A DNA stretch of 13,982 nucleotides, from the NCBI GenBank assembly GCA_031367385.1, contig JANLPS010000545.1, positions 1-13,982 of the forward strand, given 5' to 3'. Numbering within the stretch: the stretch's first letter is position 1; each line of letters begins with the position of its first letter. The position numbers and the translations under genes were made by a program. The DNA is from Archangium sp. Its GTDB lineage: Bacteria; Myxococcota; Myxococcia; Myxococcales; Myxococcaceae. This document shows, piece by piece, positions 5,199 through 11,779 of this stretch. The notes beneath the pieces were generated by a model, which did no database searches, was not told where the DNA came from, and saw only the letters and a list, made by a program, of their open reading frames with translations.

Positions 5199-7871
5199 AT
5201 GCGCGACCTCAAGACAACTATGGAGAACGGAATGACCAGAAGTGTATTGCTCATAGGAGCCTTGGTTGGCTCAGTCGCGATGGCCTCGGGCGAGAGTGAG
5301 CTCAACGTGCTCAGCCGGCTCGACCTCGTACCCGCTCCGCAAGGGGCGCTGCTGACCATCAAGGGCACCAAGGCGCCGGTGTTCACCGTCTTCAGGCTCA
5401 ACGACCCCGACCGCCTGGTCATCGACGTGACCAACGCGTCGACCAAGGGCATTCAAGGGCACCACGAAGGCGTGGGCCCCGCCGCCGGAGTCGTCGCCTC
5501 GCAGTTCTCAGACTCGAAGTCTGACGTCGGCCGCATCTTGATCGGCCTCGACGGCGCGACCAAGTACGACGTGCGCGCCGAGAAGACCGACTTGATCGTT
5601 CGCATCGACGGTGCGCCCGCGGCTGGCGCTGCGCCGGTCGCCGCTGCTCCCAAGGCCACTGCCCCTGCAGCCCCGGCGAGAGAAGAGGCCCCCGAGGCCA
5701 AGCCGACCTCCGACATCATCGCTTCGCGCATCGACGAGCAGCCGGTCAAGAACCCCGCCACGGTGCTCAAGGGCGTCGCGTACAGCAAGGGCTCGCTGCG
5801 GTTGTCGACCAACGGCCAGGTGGCGAAGTTCGAGCTGATCGCGCTCGCCAACCCGCCCCGGTTGGCCATCGACCTGTACGGTCTCAAGAGCTCGGCCCGC
5901 GCACCGAAGGTGAAAGACGCGCTGGTACGCGACATTCGAATCGGCCCCTCTGAAGACAAAGTGCGCGTGGTGGTCGAGAGCAGCTCGATGCCGGCCTTCC
6001 AGGCGACGCGAAACGACCACGGCCTGGTCGTCGCGCTGAGCAAGACCAAAGACGCCGACGCGGTGTCGGCCACTGAAGTCACCGAAGCGAGCCCGGCCCA
6101 AACGCCGAGCGAGGCCTACGTCGAAATCGACGGCAACCGGCTGCACGATGAGACCGCGCCCCAGGCCGTTGCCGACGCCGAGGTCAAGGCCGTCGAATTT
6201 CAAGAAGCCAGCCAAGGCGGCAGCGTGGGCATCAAGCTCTCGCATTCAGCCAAGTTCAAGGTTGAGCGCCCCGACCCCCGCACCGCGGTGTTGACCATCG
6301 ACGGCGCGAAGATCACCAAGGGCCTCGAGCGCAGCCTCGACACCAGCGACCTCGAGACGCCGGTCAAGATGGTCAGCGCCTTCGCGGTGCCCGGCGCGCA
6401 GAACCGCGTTCGCGTGGTGGTCGCCGCCGAGAGCCCGATTTCAGAGGTCGTCACCTCGAGCCCCACCGGCCTGTCGTGGCGCATCAGCTCGAAAGAATTG
6501 CAGACCGAGTCAGTGGTGGCAGAGAACCGGTCGGCCGGCTTCGCGACCGAGGCGACTCAGTTTGCCGACGAGGGCGCTCCGCAGCAGCGCCGGTACGTGG
6601 GCAAGAAGGTGTCGTTCGAGTTCAAAGACATCGACATTCACAACTTGCTTCGCATCATCGCGGAGATCTCGAAGAAGAACATGGTCGTCTCAGACGACGT
6701 CGGCGGCCGCATCACCATTCGCCTGCGCAACGTGCCGTGGGACCAGGCCTTCGAGCTCATCTTGAAGTCGAAGGGCCTCGGCAAGCAGGAGTTCGGCAAC
6801 ATCGTTCGCGTCGCGCCCCTGGCGACCCTCGAGGCCGAGGCCAAGGCGAACGAAGCCATCGCCAACGCCCGCAAGCAGACCGCGCCCCTCTCGGTGCAGC
6901 TGATACCGGTCAACTACGCGACGGCCAGCGACATGGCGCAGCGGGTGCGTGAAGTGCTCACCCCGCGTGGCAACGTGGCCATCGACACCCGCACCAACAC
7001 CCTGATCGTTCGCGACCTGGGCGAGAACATGGGCAAGGTCAAGTCGTTGGTGGCGGTGCTCGACACCCAGACGCCGCAGGTGTTGATCGAGGCCCGAATC
7101 GTCGAAGCCAGCGCGACCTTCCGCCGCGCGGTGGGCGTGCAGTGGGGCGGCAGCGGCATCTCATCGACCACCACCGGCAACCCGACGGGCCTCATCTTCC
7201 CTAGCTCGATCGCGGCAGTCGGTGGCGTGACGGGCAACGCGGCAGGTACGGCGGCGGTGCCAAACTACGCTGTCAGCTTGCCGGTCGGCGCGGGCGACGG
7301 TTCAGGTGGCGCGCTCGGTCTGACCTTCGGCTCAGCCGGTGGAGCGGTGCAGCTGAACCTGAGGCTCTCGGCGCTCGAAGCGCAAGGTACGGTGCGCACC
7401 GTCTCAGCGCCCCGCGTGACCACCCTCGACAACGCCACGGCGCGAATCAGCCAGGGCGTTTCGATACCCTTCAGTCAGGTGTCGGCGGCCGGCGCGAACA
7501 CGGCATTCATCGAAGCGCGCTTGCAGCTCGAAGTGACCCCCCACATCACGATGGACGGCAGCGTTCTGATGGCGATTCACGCTGAGAACAACCAGCCTGA
7601 CCCTGCCAACACCGGCGCCAACGGCCAGCCTGGTATCGCGCGCAAAGAGGCGTCGACCAACGTGCTGGTCAAAGACGGCGACACCACGGTGCTCGGCGGC
7701 ATCTACGTTCGCACCGGCTCGGCCACCCAGGCGGGCTTGCCGATTCTCAGCAAGATCCCAGTCATCGGCTTCTTCTTCCGCAACTACTCCGAGCTCGAGA
7801 CCAAGCAGGAGCTGTTGATTTTCATTACCCCGCGAATTCTCAACCGCCAATCGGTTGCGCAGACCCTGTGA
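5199..7871 (+). CDS. pilQ: Type IV pilus secretin PilQ with N-terminal AMIN domains
   Basis: Signal peptide, AMIN repeats (FRLNDPDRLVID, LANPPRLAIDL and a third more divergent one), N0/STN region YVGKKVSFEFKDIDI...LRNVPWDQA, N3 region IPVNYA...IDTRTNTLIV, secretin domain QVLIEARIVEA...VKDGDTTVLGG...LPILSKIPVIGFFF...ELLIFITPRI. Start uncertain: 5199 (GGGAG at 5189-5193), 5220 or 5232. Confidence 0.96.
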   Translation: MRDLKTTMENGMTRSVLLIGALVGSVAMASGESELNVLSRLDLVPAPQGALLTIKGTKAPVFTVFRLNDPDRLVIDVTNASTKGIQGHHEGVGPAAGVVASQFSDSKSDVGRILIGLDGATKYDVRAEKTDLIVRIDGAPAAGAAPVAAAPKATAPAAPAREEAPEAKPTSDIIASRIDEQPVKNPATVLKGVAYSKGSLRLSTNGQVAKFELIALANPPRLAIDLYGLKSSARAPKVKDALVRDIRIGPSEDKVRVVVESSSMPAFQATRNDHGLVVALSKTKDADAVSATEVTEASPAQTPSEAYVEIDGNRLHDETAPQAVADAEVKAVEFQEASQGGSVGIKLSHSAKFKVERPDPRTAVLTIDGAKITKGLERSLDTSDLETPVKMVSAFAVPGAQNRVRVVVAAESPISEVVTSSPTGLSWRISSKELQTESVVAENRSAGFATEATQFADEGAPQQRRYVGKKVSFEFKDIDIHNLLRIIAEISKKNMVVSDDVGGRITIRLRNVPWDQAFELILKSKGLGKQEFGNIVRVAPLATLEAEAKANEAIANARKQTAPLSVQLIPVNYATASDMAQRVREVLTPRGNVAIDTRTNTLIVRDLGENMGKVKSLVAVLDTQTPQVLIEARIVEASATFRRAVGVQWGGSGISSTTTGNPTGLIFPSSIAAVGGVTGNAAGTAAVPNYAVSLPVGAGDGSGGALGLTFGSAGGAVQLNLRLSALEAQGTVRTVSAPRVTTLDNATARISQGVSIPFSQVSAAGANTAFIEARLQLEVTPHITMDGSVLMAIHAENNQPDPANTGANGQPGIARKEASTNVLVKDGDTTVLGGIYVRTGSATQAGLPILSKIPVIGFFFRNYSELETKQELLIFITPRILNRQSVAQTL

Positions 7872-7879
7872 GGCACGCC

Positions 7880-8569
7880 ATGAAAAAAACTCTACTCACT
7901 GCCTTCTTCGTTGGTGCGCTCGCGAGCTGCGCGCCCCAATCGACCGACGCGTACATCGGCAGCTTTTCGCCCTTGGGGGTCGGCTGCGCGCTCGAGACCA
8001 CCGGCACGACGTTCAAGTTCGCCGGCTCCCTCGATCTTGCGAACGCGGCGAGCGGCTTCGTGACGTACTATCTGCAGATCAATTACAACACGGTGTTGTC
8101 GACGCCCGGCGTGGTGCTGACCAACGGCACGACGCTCGAGCAGCCAGACCGCGAACGCTTCGTCGCGACGGCGGTGCACTTGACCTACATCTTGAAGAAG
8201 GGCGGCGGGGCCAGCAAAACGCTCCCAGCCGTCGATGACGTGCCGATTGCCGGCACGAGCGACAAGGCCAACAACAACGCGAAGATGGGAGCCAACATCA
8301 TCGGCCCCAAGGGCGGCGCGGCGCTGCTCAATGAGGTGCCGGCGACCACCTCAGGCAATGGCTACCCCACGCCTGACGACGTGGTCGAGCTGAAGGTGGG
8401 CATCAGTCTGGTCGGCGCGCTCAGCGGCTCAGGCGTGCCGGTCACCACCGGCGTCGTGTACTTCCCCATCAACGTGTTTCGGTCGAACGCGTGCGCCAAC
8501 GGCTACAAACCGGCGACCGCGGCATGCCCCGCGAACGGTCAAGACGCCGTTGCCCCGGTGTGTAACTAG
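7880..8569 (+). CDS. Uncharacterised lipoprotein (229 aa)
   Basis: ATG at 7880 with GAGG (7870-7873) overlapping the pilQ stop. MKK plus hydrophobic stretch plus lipobox LASC (Cys17); Thr/Gly/Val-rich mature part with four further Cys. Confidence 0.85.
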   Translation: MKKTLLTAFFVGALASCAPQSTDAYIGSFSPLGVGCALETTGTTFKFAGSLDLANAASGFVTYYLQINYNTVLSTPGVVLTNGTTLEQPDRERFVATAVHLTYILKKGGGASKTLPAVDDVPIAGTSDKANNNAKMGANIIGPKGGAALLNEVPATTSGNGYPTPDDVVELKVGISLVGALSGSGVPVTTGVVYFPINVFRSNACANGYKPATAACPANGQDAVAPVCN

Positions 8570-8571
8570 CG

Positions 8572-8949
8572 ATGGGGTTCTCAGAACATTTGCAGAACGT
8601 GGTCGCGAGCGTCGATGGCGCCATCGCCTGCAGCGTGATGGGCTTCGATGGCATCGCGGTCGAGACCTACCAGGCCACGACGCGGGCCCAAGATGCCCTC
8701 TCACTCGAGCTCTCGGTGGCCTGGGTCGAGTTCGCAAACGTGCTTTCGCAGCTCAAGGCCACCGCTGAGACGCTCAAGACCGGCAAAGTAGCCGAGCTGA
8801 GCGTGAATTCAGAGAAGGTGATCACCCTGATGCGAATGATCACCCCCGATTACTTCTTCGTGCTCGCCCTCGCGCCCTCGGCCAATTACGGCAAGGCGCG
8901 CTATCAGCTGCGCATCACCGCGCCCAAGCTGGCGGCGGAGCTGCTGTAG
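8572..8949 (+). CDS. mglC: Roadblock/LC7-domain polarity protein MglC (MglB paralogue)
   Basis: 125-aa Roadblock-like sequence (VDGAIACSVMGFDGI...DYFFVLAL...NYGKARYQLR). Carries F25/D26/I28 and a K108/R110/R114 cluster like the FDI and KRR surfaces described for M. xanthus MglC, and has the same position between the pilQ region and efp. Confidence 0.88.
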   Translation: MGFSEHLQNVVASVDGAIACSVMGFDGIAVETYQATTRAQDALSLELSVAWVEFANVLSQLKATAETLKTGKVAELSVNSEKVITLMRMITPDYFFVLALAPSANYGKARYQLRITAPKLAAELL

Positions 8950-9015
8950 CCTTTGCTGCTGTAAGTGCGTAAATGCCTTCGCAGCGAAAGCCTCGAGAAG
9001 GGCCAGCAGAAGGCC

Positions 9016-9044
9016 TTGCCCGGTACGTGTCGCAGAGGTAGAGA
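9016..9044 (+). promoter_or_regulatory. Candidate sigma70-type internal promoter for efp-accB-accC
   Basis: TTGCCC (9016-9021), 17-nt spacer, TAGAGA (9039-9044) in the 137-bp gap before efp. Only a partial match to consensus. Confidence 0.35.
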
Positions 9045-9086
9045 GCCGCCTCCGCTTGACCCGTACCCCGTACCTTCGAGGCAGCC

Positions 9087-9665
9087 ATGGCCGGTAGCGT
9101 TGACACTGCAGAATTTCGCAAGGGCTTGAAGATTGAGATCAACGGCGAGCCGTTCGAAATCGTCGACTTTCAGCACGTGAAGCCCGGCAAGGGCTCGGCC
9201 TTCGTTCGCACCAAGTACCGCAGCATGATCAGCGGGCGGGTGCTCGAGCACAACTTCAAGTCAGGCGACGTGTTCGGCCGCCCCGACATCGAAGAAAAAG
9301 AGATGCAGTACCTCTACAAAGAGGGTGACGAGTTTCATTTTATGGACTCGAAGACCTTCGAGCAGACCTTCTTGGGCGAAAAGGTGCTCGCCGAGAACAA
9401 GAACTACCTCAAAGAGAGCATCAACGCCTCGGTACTGTTCTTCAACGGCAAGGCCATCGGCATCACCTTGCCGAACGCCGTCGAGCTCAAGGTCACCAAG
9501 TGCGACCCGGGCGTTCGCGGAGACACCGTCTCAGGCGCGCAGAAGCCGGCGATTCTCGAGACCGGGTACGAAATCTACGTGCCGCTCTTCATCAACGAAG
9601 GCGACGTGCTGAAGATCGATACCCGCGACGGCAAGTACCTCACTCGCGTGGCGACGGCGGCCTAA
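9087..9665 (+). CDS. efp: Translation elongation factor P
   Basis: [22 protein letters not shown] loop with the modifiable Lys, [32 protein letters not shown] and [12 protein letters not shown] at 9078-9081. Confidence 0.98.
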   Translation: MAGSVDTAEFRKGLKIEINGEPFEIVDFQHVKPGKGSAFVRTKYRSMISGRVLEHNFKSGDVFGRPDIEEKEMQYLYKEGDEFHFMDSKTFEQTFLGEKVLAENKNYLKESINASVLFFNGKAIGITLPNAVELKVTKCDPGVRGDTVSGAQKPAILETGYEIYVPLFINEGDVLKIDTRDGKYLTRVATAA

Positions 9666-9669
9666 AGCG

Positions 9670-10245
9670 ATGGCTTCTTCACGCAAGACCCCTGTGATCA
9701 AGCCGGGTGTGAAGGTCGAGACCTCGGCGCGCAGCTCGCTCGACGTCGAGGCGCTGCGGCAAATCGTCGAGCTCCTCGAGGCGAGTGAAGTGACGCGCCT
9801 GGTCTGGGCCAATGGCGATGAGCGGCTGTCGATTCGCCGTGGGCCCCCTGCGGTGGTTCAGCAGATGACCATGCCGATGTCGGGTGCCGCGGTGCAGGCG
9901 ATTCACCACGCTCCCGAGCCGATGCGGGCCAAGGCCTCTGCCCCCACGCGCGCCCCGGCCTCGACGCCGGCGCCCGAGCAACCGGCTCCGAGCAACGAGA
10001 AGAAGGGCCACGTCATCACCTCGCCATTCGTCGGCACGTTCTACCGAACCCCCGCGCCTGATCAGCCTGCCTTCGTCGAGGTTGGTGGCGGCGTGAAGAA
10101 GGGCCAGGTGCTCTGCATCGTCGAAGCGATGAAGCTGATGAACGAAATCGAGTCAGAGGTCAGCGGCAAGGTCGCCGAGATTCTGGTTCAGAACGCCCAG
10201 CCGGTTGAGTTCGGTCAGCCGCTGTTTCGCATCGAGCCTGCGTGA
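9670..10245 (+). CDS. accB: Acetyl-CoA carboxylase biotin carboxyl carrier protein
   Basis: N-terminal [13 protein letters not shown] domain, Pro/Ala linker, [11 protein letters not shown], biotinylation motif [10 protein letters not shown] and VEFGQPLF. Confidence 0.97.
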   Translation: MASSRKTPVIKPGVKVETSARSSLDVEALRQIVELLEASEVTRLVWANGDERLSIRRGPPAVVQQMTMPMSGAAVQAIHHAPEPMRAKASAPTRAPASTPAPEQPAPSNEKKGHVITSPFVGTFYRTPAPDQPAFVEVGGGVKKGQVLCIVEAMKLMNEIESEVSGKVAEILVQNAQPVEFGQPLFRIEPA

Positions 10246-11630
10246 TGTTCAAGAAAGTGCTGATCGCGAACCGCGGCGAGATCGCGCTGAGGGTGATTCG
10301 CGCGTGCCGAGAAATGGGCATCGCCACCGTCGCGGTGCATTCGACGGCCGACGCCAACGCCTTGCATGTGCGTTTCGCCGACGAGGCCGTGTGCATCGGG
10401 CCTCCGTCGTCGAAAGAGAGCTACTTGAACGTGCCCGCGCTGCTTTCGGCGGCTGAGATCACCCGCGCCGACGCGATTCACCCGGGCTACGGGTTTCTCT
10501 CTGAGAATGCCGAGTTCGCTGAGGTCTGTCAGAAGTGCCAGATCTCGTTCATCGGCCCGCGGCCCGAAGTGATTCGGTTGATGGGCAACAAGGTGCGCGC
10601 GCGCGACGCGGCGAAGGCGGCGGGGCTGCCGCTGTTGCCGGGCTCTCCGGGCGTGCTCAAGAGCGCCGAAGAGGCCGTGACGGTCGCCGAGTCGATTGGC
10701 TACCCGGTGATCTTGAAGGCCGCTGCCGGTGGTGGTGGCCGCGGCATGAAGATCGTTCGCGAATCGCGAGCGTTGCCTCAAGCCTTTGCCACCGCGTCGG
10801 CTGAAGCGGTCAACGCCTTCAGCAACGGCGACATGTACCTCGAGCGGTACGTCGAGAAGCCCCGCCACATCGAGATTCAAATCGTCGGAGATTTGCACGG
10901 CAACATCGTGCACCTCGGCGAGCGCGAATGCTCGGTGCAGCGGCGCCACCAGAAGCTGATTGAAGAGAGCCCCTCGCCCGGGGTCAGCCCTCGGCTACGC
11001 GAAGAGATGGGCAGGGTCTCGGTCGAGGCGATGAAGGCGATCGGTTACTCGAACCTCGGCACCATCGAATACCTGATGGACGAGAACGGCCGCTTTTACT
11101 TCATGGAGATGAACACCCGAGTGCAGGTCGAGCACCCGGTCACCGAGCAGGTCACCGGCGTCGACCTGGTGCGCACCCAGATTCAGCTCGCCGCTGGCGA
11201 GAAGCTGCCCTTCACCCAAGCCGACGTGAAGATGACCGGTCATTCGATCGAGTGCCGCGTCAACGCCGAAGACCCGGTCACCTTTGCGCCGTGGCCGGGC
11301 AAGATCACCGCCTACAGCGCTCCCGGCGGGTTGGGCGTGCGGGTCGATTCAGGTGCGTACGAAAACTACACCGTGCAGCCGCACTACGATTCGCTGGTCG
11401 CCAAGCTGATCGTCACCGCTGAGAACCGCCAGGTGGCCATCGCCCGCATGCTCCGCGCGCTGTCTGAGTACGTGGTGCAGGGCATTCGTACCAACATTCC
11501 CTTTCACCGGGCGGCGCTCCAAGAAGAGGCCTTCGTGAAGGGCGAATACGACACCCGGTTCGTCGAGCGCATGCACGCGAGCGAGACGGGCACGCAGCGG
11601 CTTCGAAAAGCCATCGAAGAAACGCCCTAG
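10245..11630 (+). CDS. accC: Acetyl-CoA carboxylase biotin carboxylase subunit
   Basis: [80 protein letters not shown] and [12 protein letters not shown] overlaps the accB stop (TGATG); the alternative start is GTG at 10242. Confidence 0.98.
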   Translation: MFKKVLIANRGEIALRVIRACREMGIATVAVHSTADANALHVRFADEAVCIGPPSSKESYLNVPALLSAAEITRADAIHPGYGFLSENAEFAEVCQKCQISFIGPRPEVIRLMGNKVRARDAAKAAGLPLLPGSPGVLKSAEEAVTVAESIGYPVILKAAAGGGGRGMKIVRESRALPQAFATASAEAVNAFSNGDMYLERYVEKPRHIEIQIVGDLHGNIVHLGERECSVQRRHQKLIEESPSPGVSPRLREEMGRVSVEAMKAIGYSNLGTIEYLMDENGRFYFMEMNTRVQVEHPVTEQVTGVDLVRTQIQLAAGEKLPFTQADVKMTGHSIECRVNAEDPVTFAPWPGKITAYSAPGGLGVRVDSGAYENYTVQPHYDSLVAKLIVTAENRQVAIARMLRALSEYVVQGIRTNIPFHRAALQEEAFVKGEYDTRFVERMHASETGTQRLRKAIEETP

Positions 11631-11632
11631 TC

Positions 11633-11660
11633 GCCCAGGGCCCTGACTCAAGGGCCGGGC
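11633..11660 (+). terminator. GC-rich stem-loop just after the accC stop (terminator-like or mRNA-stabilising; no U tract)
   Basis: GGCCCT (11639-11644) pairs with AGGGCC (11651-11656) around a 6-nt loop, extended by GCCC (11633-11636)/GGGC (11657-11660) past a 2-nt bulge. A second small hairpin GCCCGA-tgt-TCGGGT follows at 11673-11687. Confidence 0.4.
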
Positions 11661-11696
11661 AATCGCCCAACCGCCCGATGTTCGGGTGCAAGGTTC

Positions 11697-11725
11697 TTGG
11701 AGCCGCTTCGGCACTCTGGTAGCCT
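11697..11725 (+). promoter_or_regulatory. Candidate sigma70-type promoter for sgmX
   Basis: TTGGAG (11697-11702), 17-nt spacer, TAGCCT (11720-11725), with an extended -10 TG at 11717-11718. Confidence 0.5.
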
Positions 11726-11779
11726 CTCGAAGCCGCTCCCCCGCGTTTTTTCCCCTAAAACCTCTGAAATTCTAGGTCC

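Noticed and set aside
2218..11243. Many alternate-frame and minus-strand ORFs inside pil, efp and acc genes (e.g. 2218-3027, 5508-6245, 10215-10949)
   Set aside because: They overlap well-supported genes almost entirely, have biased composition and show no domain motifs.
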